Positions 1-10,103 of a DNA stretch of 64,000 bases are shown in pieces. The notes beneath the pieces were generated by a model. The model was not told the origin of the DNA. It was given only the letters and a program-made list of their open reading frames with translations, and ran no database searches. This DNA comes from Verrucomicrobiota bacterium. GTDB taxonomy: Bacteria; Verrucomicrobiota; Verrucomicrobiia; Limisphaerales; AAA164-E04. The number at the start of each line of letters is the position of its first letter. Position 1 is the first letter of the stretch. The DNA is taken from the NCBI GenBank assembly GCA_047947115.1, contig CP170459.1, positions 3,360,001 through 3,424,000 of the forward strand. Reading direction: 5' to 3'. The position numbers and the translations under genes are program-made.

Positions 1-7
1 GGATTTT

Positions 8-1048
8 TTGGTTGCGCGGGCGGGGTATCCTCAAATTCAGTCAATGGCGCCCCAATGTGGATGGGTCTGTTCGGATCGTTACTTTGATGCCAGTCGGTAT
101 CTGGATCAGACCTGGCGTTATTTTCCTGCCTTCGGGTTTCGATTGCTCTCGGCCCATTGGCGACGATTGCCCTGTGCCTATGATGTGGTGTATGCCTCCA
201 ATTTTTTGATCTTCGAAGTTTACCCTGCCTGGAAACTGGCCAGACGTTACGGCGCGAAGTTCGTTGTTAAAGTACAGCATTTGTTGCATGCTCAATCCAA
301 TCGACATTCTCTGTTCGACCGGCTGTTTTTAGCCTCTGAAAAGTGGGCCTTTCGTCTTGCTGATCGGTATGCTGATCTGGTCATGTGCCTGAGTCGTCCG
401 GTTGAGCAGGATTGTTTGAATTTAAAAAAACAACTTGGATTGCATCGCGTCCATCCCCGAGTGGTTGGGTGTGGGCTGGATTTTTCGGAATTGGACAGCA
501 CTCCCGCTGCTGCTCACAAATATGACGTGGTGATACTTGGCAGAGTGCATGAGCAGAAAGGCGTGTTTGATATTCCCGAAGTTTGGCGGCGGATTGTGAC
601 TGCCAAACCGGATGCGCGCCTGGTGGTGATTGGGGAGGGACCTCACCGCCCCCGGTTGATGCAACTGATGCGTGAGCAGGGACTGGGTGCCACCGTCGAA
701 TTTACGGGTGGCGTTTCCGAGGAAAGGAAGAATACACTGTTGAAGCAAGCTCGAGTGGGGTTGAGTCTTTCTTTTGAAGAAGGGTGGGGCTTGAGTGTGA
801 CCGAGTTTTTGGCTGCCGGATTGCCGGTGGTGGCATATGAGTTGCCGGTTTTTCAGGAACTGTTTGCCGGGGTGTTGCAAATGGTCCCTTCCAGATCATG
901 TCCGGAAGCCGCCGACAATGTTTTGCGCTTACTGGAAGACGCCGGAAGAAGGCAATCCCTGGGCGAAATCGGTCGACAGCATGTTAACCAATATCAGTAT
1001 GAAAAGGTCGCCGACCAGGAAATGGACCTGATGCGGGAGTTGTTTTGA
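8..1048 (+). CDS. Glycosyltransferase family 4 (GT-B), probably 5'-truncated by the window edge
   Basis: GT4 motifs GRVHEQKG and EEGWGLSVTEFLAAGLPVV (E-x7-E); the ORF begins at the window edge. Confidence 0.85.
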   Translation: MVARAGYPQIQSMAPQCGWVCSDRYFDASRYLDQTWRYFPAFGFRLLSAHWRRLPCAYDVVYASNFLIFEVYPAWKLARRYGAKFVVKVQHLLHAQSNRHSLFDRLFLASEKWAFRLADRYADLVMCLSRPVEQDCLNLKKQLGLHRVHPRVVGCGLDFSELDSTPAAAHKYDVVILGRVHEQKGVFDIPEVWRRIVTAKPDARLVVIGEGPHRPRLMQLMREQGLGATVEFTGGVSEERKNTLLKQARVGLSLSFEEGWGLSVTEFLAAGLPVVAYELPVFQELFAGVLQMVPSRSCPEAADNVLRLLEDAGRRQSLGEIGRQHVNQYQYEKVADQEMDLMRELF

Positions 1049-2199
1049 TGATGATGGATTGTTCAGAAACTATGAAACGTTCAGTGGTGATGCCAATCGA
1101 TGTCATCCGAATCCACCGGGTGTGTCTGCTTTGTGCCGCTATTTTTTCCATGATATCGATGAAGGCTGAAAACCAGATGATTCAAACTTGGGATCAATTG
1201 GCATCCTTTGCAGTGCGGCAGCAGGGATCCGCTGGGCCAAGGCAGGAGTACCGGATTCCGGTCATGATGCCCGATTTTGAAGTGAAGGAGCTTATTCCTT
1301 CATGGAACATGGTGGCCGGGAAAGGCGACCTGATGACGATTGAAGCGACGGTGACCTTTCGGGATGAAACCACTCGGTCCTATCATTTTGGCAGATGGGC
1401 TACCGGGCGACAATCGTTGGGCTGCGGAACCGGCACGCGCACCAGTTTGAACGACCAGAAAGATGATTATGCGGCGGTCTATACCGACACGCTGGTGTTC
1501 AAGCGGAAACCCATTGCATGCTCATTGAAACTCACATTGAGTTCCGCCTTACAAGATCCACTCCCCACATTGAAGCTGGTGGGAGTCTGTTTGTCAGGGG
1601 ATTCGGACGGTGCTTTCATTGATGAATTCCTGACTGGTCAGAAGGCTCCTATCGAATTGGACGTTCCGAAACGTTGTCAGTTTGATTATATCGGAGGCAG
1701 AGTATGGTGCAGTCCGACGTCCGTGACAATGGTTCTGGGATACTGGGCAAACATTCTCCATCGCCCCGAACTCGAATACCCGGTGCCAACGGCTGCCGAT
1801 CGGATATTCGATCCAGGCTGGCCGGGCACCGGTAACTGGCCGTTTAATACCGCTTTTGCCGGTGAACACGCCGGTTTACGGGCCTTTGTGGCAAGGTTGG
1901 ATTCCGTCGATGCTTTGTATGAGATCCTGTCTCAGGGTATCCCGGTGGCCACATCCGTTTCTTACGACCTGTTGAAGGGGAAACCTGAAAAAGGAAAAAA
2001 CGACGGGCACTTGGTGGTCTGTATCGGCTTTGACGCAGACGGAAATCCTGTTTTCAATGATCCGGCCCGATGTCCCGAGGTGAGATGGTCTTACCCCATG
2101 GCGCATTTCTCCAAGGCATGGCAATCGTCGAAACGGACGGTCTACCTGATCCTTCCCGAGGATCGTCGGTTGGTCTTGCAAAACATGCGTTTGTTTTGA
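1045..2199 (+). CDS. Secreted peptidase C39-like family protein (start uncertain, may be a downstream ATG)
   Basis: Hydrophobic N-terminal signal; WCSPTSVTMVLGYW (Cys), GNWPFNTAFAG, GHLVVCIGFD (His), FNDPA (Asp). Confidence 0.75.
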   Translation: MMMMDCSETMKRSVVMPIDVIRIHRVCLLCAAIFSMISMKAENQMIQTWDQLASFAVRQQGSAGPRQEYRIPVMMPDFEVKELIPSWNMVAGKGDLMTIEATVTFRDETTRSYHFGRWATGRQSLGCGTGTRTSLNDQKDDYAAVYTDTLVFKRKPIACSLKLTLSSALQDPLPTLKLVGVCLSGDSDGAFIDEFLTGQKAPIELDVPKRCQFDYIGGRVWCSPTSVTMVLGYWANILHRPELEYPVPTAADRIFDPGWPGTGNWPFNTAFAGEHAGLRAFVARLDSVDALYEILSQGIPVATSVSYDLLKGKPEKGKNDGHLVVCIGFDADGNPVFNDPARCPEVRWSYPMAHFSKAWQSSKRTVYLILPEDRRLVLQNMRLF

Positions 2200-2211
2200 C
2201 CGTGGCAGGTG

Positions 2212-3117
2212 TTAGCCTTTGCCCTTTGTTCGGGTTTTCCCCGGTTTGGCATTTTTCTCAATGAATTCGATTATGCGTCCCGCCACATCCTTTTGAGTGC
2301 ATTCTTCAATGCCTTGCAAACCTGGAGAGGAATTGACCTCCATCACCACCGGACCATGGTTGGAGCGTAGAATGTCCACACCCGCGCAATTGAGCCCCAG
2401 GATTTTTGCTGATCGAATGGCTGTGGACCGTTCCTCGGGCGTGAGTTTTACCATGGCCGAACTACCCCCACGGTGGAGATTGGATCGGAATTCCCCTTCT
2501 TTTGCTGTTCGCTTCATGGATGCCACCACCTTTTCACCCACAACGAAGCACCTGATATCCGATCCGCCGGCTTCCTGAATGAATTCCTGCACCATGATGT
2601 TTGCGTGCAGCCCGCGAAAGGCGTCAATCACACTTTCCGCAGCCTGGTTGGTTTCGGCCATCACCACGCCGACTCCCTGGGTGCCTTCAAGCAGTTTCAA
2701 GACCAGCGGGGCGCCCTTGACCAGTTCAATCACATTTTTGGTGTCGTCGGGATTGTGGGCGAAGGCGGTGATCGGCATGCCGATTCCCTTTCTGGACAAC
2801 AGTTGTAGACTGCGCAGTTTGTCTCTGGAGCGACCAATGGAAACCGATTCGTTCAGACTGTAAACCGACATCATCTCAAACTGCCTGAGCACAGCCAATC
2901 CATAGAAGGTAATCGAAGCACCAATGCGCGGAATGACCGCATCAAATCCGGTCAATGCTTCCTGCTTGTAATAAACTTCAGGCCGATGTGCCGAGATGTT
3001 CATGTAGCACCGGAGAGGATTGATGACTCTGGCCTTGTGGCCCCTTTGTTCCGCTGCCTCCACCAGTCGTTTGGTGGAATAGAGATTTGGGCCTCGTGAT
3101 AAGATGGCAATGTTCAT
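2212..3117 (-). CDS. rimK: RimK ATP-grasp alpha-L-glutamate ligase
   Basis: [62 protein letters not shown]. Confidence 0.95.
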   Translation of the reverse strand: MNIAILSRGPNLYSTKRLVEAAEQRGHKARVINPLRCYMNISAHRPEVYYKQEALTGFDAVIPRIGASITFYGLAVLRQFEMMSVYSLNESVSIGRSRDKLRSLQLLSRKGIGMPITAFAHNPDDTKNVIELVKGAPLVLKLLEGTQGVGVVMAETNQAAESVIDAFRGLHANIMVQEFIQEAGGSDIRCFVVGEKVVASMKRTAKEGEFRSNLHRGGSSAMVKLTPEERSTAIRSAKILGLNCAGVDILRSNHGPVVMEVNSSPGLQGIEECTQKDVAGRIIEFIEKNAKPGKTRTKGKG

Positions 3118-3200
3118 GGATGCTGTGTTAGCTCGTAAAAAAATGATTCGGAGCTGGAACTCGCGGCCACTGTATGGGCATTATTTTTCAAAATCAATGC

Positions 3201-3653
3201 ATGATTATGCGCTCTAGACTTATCATTGGGTGGAGAGAATTGATCAGTCTCCCTGATCTTGGCGTGCGACGTTTGCATGCCAAAATTGATACTGGCGCAC
3301 GAAGTTCGGCGATTCATGCTGAATCGGTCCTTGAAGTTTTCCAACGAGGGCAGATGTGTGTTCGGTTTGAAGTGATCACCGATGATGATCTGGGGACCCG
3401 TTCAGTTTGCACGTTACCGGTGCTGGATCGGCGTCATGTGATGAATTCTGGAGGCAAGAGAGAATTGCGTTATTTCGTACATACCACCCTTTGCATGGGA
3501 GGCAGATGCTGGCCCATCCAACTGAGTTTGACGACTCGTCATCAGTTGAGGTATTCCATGTTGATTGGTCGGCAGGCCTTGGGGGGGAGAGTGGTCATTT
3601 ATCCGGGACGCCGTTATCTGGCTGGTGAACCCACTGCCGACTTGAGTGAATAG
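3201..3653 (+). CDS. RimK-associated retropepsin-like protease (RimB-like, 'ATP-dependent Zn protease' family)
   Basis: IGWRE..LPDLG, AKIDTGARSSAIHA, MLIGRQAL motifs; adjacent to rimK; start at 3201 or 3207. Confidence 0.85.
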   Translation: MIMRSRLIIGWRELISLPDLGVRRLHAKIDTGARSSAIHAESVLEVFQRGQMCVRFEVITDDDLGTRSVCTLPVLDRRHVMNSGGKRELRYFVHTTLCMGGRCWPIQLSLTTRHQLRYSMLIGRQALGGRVVIYPGRRYLAGEPTADLSE

Positions 3654-3661
3654 GAAACATT

Positions 3662-4759
3662 TTGAACTTACCGCGCATTTCAGTCCATTCGCAGCCGGCC
3701 TTTCAATTGGGAGGTGAAACCGTGCCGGCAGGGAGTCGTAGGACGATCAACCTGCCCATTACCCAGTTGTATACCCAGACCAGACTGCACATGCCCGTAC
3801 ACGTGGTCAACGGGCGGAGGCCCGGCCCGAGATTGTTCGTTTGCGCTGCCATACATGGAGATGAATTGAACGGAGTCGAAATCATTCGCCGTGTCCTGCG
3901 GTTGAAAGCTCTCAACGGATTGTGCGGGTGCCTGGTTGCCGTCCCCATTGTCAATGTGTTGGGGTTTATATCCCAAAGCCGCTATCTTGCCGACGGGCGT
4001 GATTTGAACCGGTTTTTTCCCGGAGCGGAAACCGGCTCGTTTGCGAGCACGCTGGCATCTCTTTTCATGAAAGAGATTGTGGGACGATCCACTCATGGGA
4101 TTGATTTGCACACGGGTGCGCGACATCGTTCCAATTTCCCCCAAATCCGAATCAGTGATGATGATCCGGCGGCCTTCGAATTGGCTGAAGCTTTTGGTGC
4201 TCCGATCATCATACCCAGTTCAGTAAGGGACGGATCCCTGCGGGATGCGGTAAGAGTCAAAAAGATTCCGTTGCTTCTGTATGAAGCCGGCGAGGCCCTG
4301 CGTTTTGACGAAGTGAGCATTCGTATTGGTGTGCGTGGGGTTCTGAATGTGATGAGACGACTGGGAATGTTAAAGGATAAGCGCAAGGTTGGAAGAGGGA
4401 AAACGCATCCGATACGATGCAGTTCCAGTCTTTGGTTGCGTGCGCCTGCGGGAGGTATTTTCAGAACCAAAGTTCCGCTGGGTTCCGCAGTGAGGACGGG
4501 ACAGGTTCTTGGGACCGTTTCAGACCCGTTCGGTGAAAATGAACAAGAAATTGTTGCTCCAAAGGCCGGGCATGTGATTGGAGGAATGGAAAAACCCCTG
4601 GTAAATGAGGGCGATGCCCTTTATCACATCGCATCGGCGGATGAAAAAGAATTGCGTACGGTAGATATCATTCAAACCGTTGCAGAGATGGATTCCGACT
4701 CGTCTCAATCCGCGTCGGGAGAAACGTTTCAGAGCGAATTAAGCGGGGAACCGGTTTAG
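3662..4759 (+). CDS. Succinylglutamate desuccinylase/aspartoacylase family (M14-like) deacylase
   Basis: AAIHGDELNGVEI, DGRDLNRFFPG, IDLHTG, YEAGE; C-terminal biotinyl-like hairpin. Confidence 0.9.
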   Translation: MNLPRISVHSQPAFQLGGETVPAGSRRTINLPITQLYTQTRLHMPVHVVNGRRPGPRLFVCAAIHGDELNGVEIIRRVLRLKALNGLCGCLVAVPIVNVLGFISQSRYLADGRDLNRFFPGAETGSFASTLASLFMKEIVGRSTHGIDLHTGARHRSNFPQIRISDDDPAAFELAEAFGAPIIIPSSVRDGSLRDAVRVKKIPLLLYEAGEALRFDEVSIRIGVRGVLNVMRRLGMLKDKRKVGRGKTHPIRCSSSLWLRAPAGGIFRTKVPLGSAVRTGQVLGTVSDPFGENEQEIVAPKAGHVIGGMEKPLVNEGDALYHIASADEKELRTVDIIQTVAEMDSDSSQSASGETFQSELSGEPV

Positions 4760-4793
4760 AGCACTCCCGGCGAGGTAAAGCATCGAAAACCGA

Positions 4794-5672
4794 TCATCCA
4801 AAAGCGTAATCGGATCGCTTCGCGTGAAGCCAGTGGCGGACAAAGCTCCGGGCCACCAGCCAGAGTTTGCCGGTTTTGGATAGTTTGAACTTGCTAGGTC
4901 GCATGACTTTGTATCCGCTCTTTTCAATCTTAAGCAGGATCCGCCAGTAAACGGCCCCCATCATTTCCGAAGCCACGAGCGATTGGCGATCATCCGGGTG
5001 GATGCATTTGCTGGATTCGGCGTAGTGGTATCTGGCCCTTTCTGCCAGCTCACGGGCCATATCTCGCACATTTTGACTATCTCGAAATTGATAAAGGTCT
5101 TCTTCGGTGACACCATGCTTTTCCATCAGAGTCCGGGGGACATAAATGCGCTTATTCTTGGCATCCTGACGGATGTCTCTCAGAATATTGGTCAATTGCA
5201 GTGCTTGTCCGATCTGATAACCGTAGTGTTTGGTTGCTGGATGGGTGTATTCAAAGATCTCGATGCTCAATAGCCCAACGACCGATGCGACGTGATAGCA
5301 GTATTTTGCCAGATCATCCCATGTTTCGTAATACGTCCCCTCCAGATCCATTTCCATCCCATCTATCAATGCTTCAAACAATTCGCACGGCAGTTTGAAG
5401 CGTTCGATAAATGGCTGAAGCTCTATGTTGACGGGTAAATCGGGGGTTCCGCCATGACATGCTTTGCGGATGTCTTCTCGCCATCGAGCCAGTTCACGGC
5501 GTCGATCTTCAACGGGAACTGATTCTTCGTCGGCGACATCATCGACCTCCCGGCAGAATGCGTAAAGGGCGCACATGGCGTCCTTTTTTTCTTTGGGAAG
5601 CAATACGAACGCCATCGCAAGGTTGGAGGCGCTTTTTTTTGTAACATTTTGACTGACTTTAACTTTACTCAT
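4794..5672 (-). CDS. hpnD: Squalene/phytoene synthase family, HpnD-like presqualene diphosphate synthase
   Basis: LYAFCREVDDVAD, YCYHVASVVG, QLTNILRDIRQD aspartate-rich motifs. Confidence 0.75.
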   Translation of the reverse strand: MSKVKVSQNVTKKSASNLAMAFVLLPKEKKDAMCALYAFCREVDDVADEESVPVEDRRRELARWREDIRKACHGGTPDLPVNIELQPFIERFKLPCELFEALIDGMEMDLEGTYYETWDDLAKYCYHVASVVGLLSIEIFEYTHPATKHYGYQIGQALQLTNILRDIRQDAKNKRIYVPRTLMEKHGVTEEDLYQFRDSQNVRDMARELAERARYHYAESSKCIHPDDRQSLVASEMMGAVYWRILLKIEKSGYKVMRPSKFKLSKTGKLWLVARSFVRHWLHAKRSDYAFG

Positions 5673-5678
5673 CAGCCA

Positions 5679-6065
5679 TCAGGGGGATTTCGGGGTTGAA
5701 TCCTTGCGTTGGGGAAGTCCTCCGGTTTCTGAAAGCGTTGGATTCCGGGGGCGATGATCGCGCCGTCTTCTTCGCCGCTTTTTACGCCTTCGCTCGGAGT
5801 CCGAGAGGTTGTCACTCAAAGAGGAGGCATCGGGAACGTTTCGGAACTCGTCTTTGCGTTTGGAATCCTTGCCGCTCACCGACCGAAAGAATTTTGCCCA
5901 TATCGCCAATATAACCATCAAAACCAATCCGACACCCGCCACGATGGCCATGTCATCGAACCATTGGATCTCTTTCGTGCCCTCTTCCGGGGTGGGCAAC
6001 GAAGAGCCGGTGGTGCGGTATGGATCAGATTGCGCCAGGATCCAGATTGGTTGAAACTCTGTCAT
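5679..6065 (-). CDS. Small single-pass membrane protein with a poly-Arg tail, unknown function
   Basis: One TM segment (MAIVAGVGLVLMVILAIW), then RRRKKRRRRRRDHRPRNPTLSETGGLP; fills the gap between co-directional genes. Confidence 0.7.
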   Translation of the reverse strand: MTEFQPIWILAQSDPYRTTGSSLPTPEEGTKEIQWFDDMAIVAGVGLVLMVILAIWAKFFRSVSGKDSKRKDEFRNVPDASSLSDNLSDSERRRKKRRRRRRDHRPRNPTLSETGGLPQRKDSTPKSP

Positions 6066-6119
6066 AGGAACGTTGTTAACACGTGATGGTTAGGATGTCG
6101 AATGCTTGTTTTGAAAAAC

Positions 6120-7505
6120 TTAAGACGGCTCCAATTCGATTTTCAGGCGGTGCATTCTGTAGTGGAGGGAGTGTGGCGTCATTTGGAGGGCGCCGGCTGT
6201 CGCATCGACGTTGAAATCATATTCTGAAAGCTTTTTGAGGATCAATTCATGCTCAAACTCACTCAGTTGCTCCTCCAGTGAGGCGGAGGAGATTGGAATC
6301 GAACTGTCTGCGCTGCCCAGTCTGGATTCGACTTTGAAATTTGGCAGACTGGATGCCTGGATGCTTTCCTGAGTTTCCAGAATCACGCTGCGTTCGATCG
6401 CATTTCGAAGTTCACGAACGTTACCCGGCCAGTGGTGGGCCAGCAGTAGTTTTTCCGCTTCGGGAGAGAATTCTTTGATGGGTTTGTTCATCCCCGTGGC
6501 GAATTGCTTCAGAAAATGATTTGCCAGAATCAAAACATCTCCTTCTCGTTCACGCAGGGAAGGAGGGGTGAACTGAACGACATTGAGCCGGTGGAATAGG
6601 TCTTCACGGAACTGATTGGCCCGGATGGCATTGACGATGTCTCGATTGGTGGCCGCTATCAGTCGGACGTCCACCTTGAGTTCCTGATTGCCTCCCACCC
6701 TGGTAAAGGTGCCATCCTCCAGAAATCTTAACAGCTTTGCCTGTAAAGGGCGGCTCATGTCACCGATTTCATCCAGAAAGACGGTGCCGCCATCCGCTTC
6801 TTCCATGCGGCCGGACTTGTTGCGTACGGCTCCGGTAAAAGCGCCTTTTTCATGGCCGAAAAGCTCGCTTTCCAGCAATTGATCCGGAATAGCGGCGCAA
6901 TTGATTCGGGTATAGGATTCCTCTCGGCGTTGGCTCAATGCGTGGATGGCCCCCGCAATCAGTTCCTTGCCGGTTCCGCTTTCCCCAAGAATCAACACGG
7001 TGGCATTCGTTGGGGCAACGGTCATGATCAATTTGCGTACATCATCGATTCCTTTTGAATCACCGATGATTCGTTCCAGGCCGAAAGAGGGCTGGTTGGC
7101 CGATTTTAAGGCCTGATTTTCGGCGATAAGAGTATGGCGTTCGGCGCATCTGGATACGGCGTGCAGTAGTTCTTCCGGAGCAAACGGCTTTGCAAGGTAA
7201 TCGATGGCGCCCGACTTGATGGCTTCCACTGCGAGTTTAGGAGTCGCATAGGCAGTGATCATGAGAATCGGCAGGTCGGGTTTCCGTTGCCGCATTTCTT
7301 TCAAAAAATCGTAACCGCTCATGCCGCCCAGACGTGCATCGGTAATGACCAGAAAGAAGGATTCGGTTTTGAGGATCTCCAGCGCTTCCTCCGCGGATTC
7401 CACGGCCTGCACCTTGTAACCTTCATCTTTCATGACGGTTTCAAGCGAAAGCCGCATGTTCTTTTCGTCGTCGACGATCAATATGGGTGGAAGTTCCTTG
7501 TTCAT
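6120..7505 (-). CDS. Sigma-54-dependent response regulator (NtrC/PilR family)
   Basis: REC domain, GESGTGKE Walker [33 protein letters not shown]-terminal Fis-like HTH. Confidence 0.95.
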   Translation of the reverse strand: MNKELPPILIVDDEKNMRLSLETVMKDEGYKVQAVESAEEALEILKTESFFLVITDARLGGMSGYDFLKEMRQRKPDLPILMITAYATPKLAVEAIKSGAIDYLAKPFAPEELLHAVSRCAERHTLIAENQALKSANQPSFGLERIIGDSKGIDDVRKLIMTVAPTNATVLILGESGTGKELIAGAIHALSQRREESYTRINCAAIPDQLLESELFGHEKGAFTGAVRNKSGRMEEADGGTVFLDEIGDMSRPLQAKLLRFLEDGTFTRVGGNQELKVDVRLIAATNRDIVNAIRANQFREDLFHRLNVVQFTPPSLREREGDVLILANHFLKQFATGMNKPIKEFSPEAEKLLLAHHWPGNVRELRNAIERSVILETQESIQASSLPNFKVESRLGSADSSIPISSASLEEQLSEFEHELILKKLSEYDFNVDATAGALQMTPHSLHYRMHRLKIELEPS

Positions 7506-7511
7506 CCTTTC

Positions 7512-8876
7512 TCACTTTCGCAACTTCATCAAAGTGCGGGCAGGGAACTGTAATATAAATGTAGTGCCTTCGCCAAGCTGGGATTCCACTTTAAGGTGTC
7601 CACCGTATATCTCCACATTGTGTTTCACGATGGCAAGTCCCAGCCCGGTTCCTTTTTCCTTGGTTGTAAAATAGGGCTCAAATACTTGATCCAGCAGCTC
7701 CTGTGACATGCCTGGTCCGGAGTCTTTTAAGGTGACTAATATAGAGTATCCTTCTCCATTTGTGGCTGTTATGGTCATAGTTCCACGGTTGCCCAAGGCT
7801 TCACGAGCATTCTGAAGAATGTTCACCACAATTTCACTGAAATGACCTCGCTGCATGAAAACGGTAGGGAGCGCCGGGGCGTAATGGCGTTCCACTTTGA
7901 TGTCAAAATCAACTGCTTTTGGAAACACCTGATCAATAGCGTTGTCCAATTCGTCCGTGATTTTCAACGCTTCGATCGTCCCTTCGGCCAATTGGGCAAA
8001 TCCCATCAAATCGGTGATGATTCGATCGGAGCGATGCACCTCTTCGCGTATCAGCGTGATTTGTTGGGTGATGGTTTTTCCTTCTTTCACGGTGCGTTGC
8101 AGGGTGAATGCTGCGTTGTTGATGATTCCCAACGGATTCTTCAATTGATGGGCTATTTCCGCCGCAAGCCGACCGGTTGCCTGGAGCTGTTCCTGGCGGA
8201 TTTTGAATTCTCTGGCTTCATCTTCCACTTTGCGTTGTTTGTCAAAAAGGGTTTGAAACCCGTAGCACCATAGAATCATTGTGCCCAGAATAACAATGCG
8301 CAGGATGAATGAATCTGTATTGGTATCAATGGTTTCTAACTCAATTTCTGCAATGGCGATGTCTGTCAGTCCCGCCATGATGAAACAGAGCACCGTCAGG
8401 GCATTCACGGTAATTTGAGTCGTGGGCGCAGGGATGCTCAGGGCGTTCCGTATGATCAGCAACAGAAAGATCCAATACAGCAAACTGTCAAACCCACCTG
8501 TCACCAATGTCAAAGCCGACAGAAGCAGCACGTCAAAAATCGCGATGACCAGCACAACCAGTTGGTTCATCCACAAGGGGAGTTGATGCATGCCTGCAAT
8601 CATGATACCGCCTCCGATGTTGATGACCGTGTATATGAGGAAAAAGAGACGCACCGTCGCCAATGCCACATCGCGAGTGCTTTGGATATCGTTGAACCAA
8701 TTGGAAAAGAAAAGGTAGTAACCTAGTAAAAGAATTGCACAAATTTTCACCGGCAGACCAAAATGACATTCGACGGTCTTGATTCGTTCTTCTATGCGAC
8801 GCCTGGCCACATCACGATCCGTCCCCAGATGGGGCCATCGTTTTTGAAAAAAGTTGGCTATTTGATCAAACGGCAT
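7512..8876 (-). CDS. Multi-TM sensor histidine kinase (PilS-like architecture)
   Basis: About 6 TM helices with short loops; H-box EIAHQLKNPL, N-box NILQNA, DSGPG, FTTKEKGTGLGL. Confidence 0.9.
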   Translation of the reverse strand: MPFDQIANFFQKRWPHLGTDRDVARRRIEERIKTVECHFGLPVKICAILLLGYYLFFSNWFNDIQSTRDVALATVRLFFLIYTVINIGGGIMIAGMHQLPLWMNQLVVLVIAIFDVLLLSALTLVTGGFDSLLYWIFLLLIIRNALSIPAPTTQITVNALTVLCFIMAGLTDIAIAEIELETIDTNTDSFILRIVILGTMILWCYGFQTLFDKQRKVEDEAREFKIRQEQLQATGRLAAEIAHQLKNPLGIINNAAFTLQRTVKEGKTITQQITLIREEVHRSDRIITDLMGFAQLAEGTIEALKITDELDNAIDQVFPKAVDFDIKVERHYAPALPTVFMQRGHFSEIVVNILQNAREALGNRGTMTITATNGEGYSILVTLKDSGPGMSQELLDQVFEPYFTTKEKGTGLGLAIVKHNVEIYGGHLKVESQLGEGTTFILQFPARTLMKLRK

Positions 8877-8891
8877 GATAGCAGTGCTGCG

Positions 8892-9446
8892 TTAATGGTC
8901 ATTTGACAGCAATTCCAATGCCTTATCGAGGATTCCCTGGATATTCCACAAACGACCGATTCCCTCGTATCCGCAGGCGAGGAGACCTTCTTCAGGTCCG
9001 ATGAAGACCACTCCGCGTTTGACGAGCTTCTGGACGTTTTCCTGCGTTGCCGGATGCAGCCACATTTTGCCGTTCATGGCTGGTGCCAACAGGATGGGAA
9101 CGTTTGGGTTCAAGGAAAGCGCGATGCAGCTCAGGGCGTCATCCGCCAGCCCATGAGCCAGTTTTGCAATGGTGTTGGCCGTGGCAGGAGCTATCAGAAG
9201 CAAATCCGCTTCATCCGCGACTCGAATGTGCGAGGGTTTCCAACCCTCTTCTTCATCATACAGATCAGTCAGGACGGGCTGGCGTGACAAAGTTTTGAAG
9301 GGAAGGGGGGTGATGAATTTCTGGGCATCGGGTGTCAATATCACCGAGACTTGATGCCCTAGTTTGGTTAAATTGCTGGCAATGTCCACGGCCTTATGGG
9401 CGGCGATGGAACCCGTGACTCCCAGTGCGATGTTTTTCATTTTCAT
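8892..9446 (-). CDS. coaC: Phosphopantothenoylcysteine decarboxylase (stand-alone CoaC flavoprotein domain)
   Basis: GVTGSIAAHK, APATANTIAKLAHG, APAMN, LACGYEGIGRL; no CoaB ligase domain follows. Confidence 0.85.
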   Translation of the reverse strand: MKMKNIALGVTGSIAAHKAVDIASNLTKLGHQVSVILTPDAQKFITPLPFKTLSRQPVLTDLYDEEEGWKPSHIRVADEADLLLIAPATANTIAKLAHGLADDALSCIALSLNPNVPILLAPAMNGKMWLHPATQENVQKLVKRGVVFIGPEEGLLACGYEGIGRLWNIQGILDKALELLSNDH

Positions 9447-9469
9447 TGGCTTTTCGGTGACTCGGAACA

Positions 9470-10096
9470 TCAAGACGGGTCGAAAGAGCGACGCTTTGAT
9501 TTTAAACGTTCTGCTTGCACGATGGAAAGCAGGTTTTGCAGATCCTGCTCTCTTGTTCCGGAAACGATCAAGTAATCAAAATTCGGCCATTCGCTCAATT
9601 CCGTCTTTGCATGCTTCAGACGCTGGAGGATGATTTCCTCCTTGTCCTGGGCGCGATTCCTGAGTCTGTCCTCCAGTTCCACAAGACTTGACGGAGACAG
9701 AAACACGGTAACCAAAGCCTTGGCAATCGTCGCATCCTCCATGACCATTTTTCGAATGGAATGGGCCCCTTGCACATCAATATTGAGGAGAACGTCCTTT
9801 TTATCTTTCATTTCCCTGAGGACATCTTCCTTGCGCGTGCCATAAAGGTTTCCGTACACCTCGGCAAATTCCAGAAATTGTCCCTGGTTTATCGCAAGTT
9901 TAAACTCTTCGCGTGGCAGAAAATGATAGTCCACACCGTCTTGTTCGCCAACACGAGGGGGACGGGTGGTGCAGGTTGTGACTCGGCGGACTTTCGAGTC
10001 AGAGTCGAGTAGTCCCTGGCACAAGGTTGTTTTTCCCGCACCTGAGGGGGCGGAGACGATGATTAGAAGTGAATCTGATTCCGGAGTGTTGAGCAT
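9470..10096 (-). CDS. gmk: Guanylate kinase
   Basis: SAPSGAGKTT, TTRPPRVGEQDGVDYHF, EVYGNLYGT, IDVQGA. Confidence 0.95.
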   Translation of the reverse strand: MLNTPESDSLLIIVSAPSGAGKTTLCQGLLDSDSKVRRVTTCTTRPPRVGEQDGVDYHFLPREEFKLAINQGQFLEFAEVYGNLYGTRKEDVLREMKDKKDVLLNIDVQGAHSIRKMVMEDATIAKALVTVFLSPSSLVELEDRLRNRAQDKEEIILQRLKHAKTELSEWPNFDYLIVSGTREQDLQNLLSIVQAERLKSKRRSFDPS

Positions 10097-10103
10097 GACC
10101 GGG

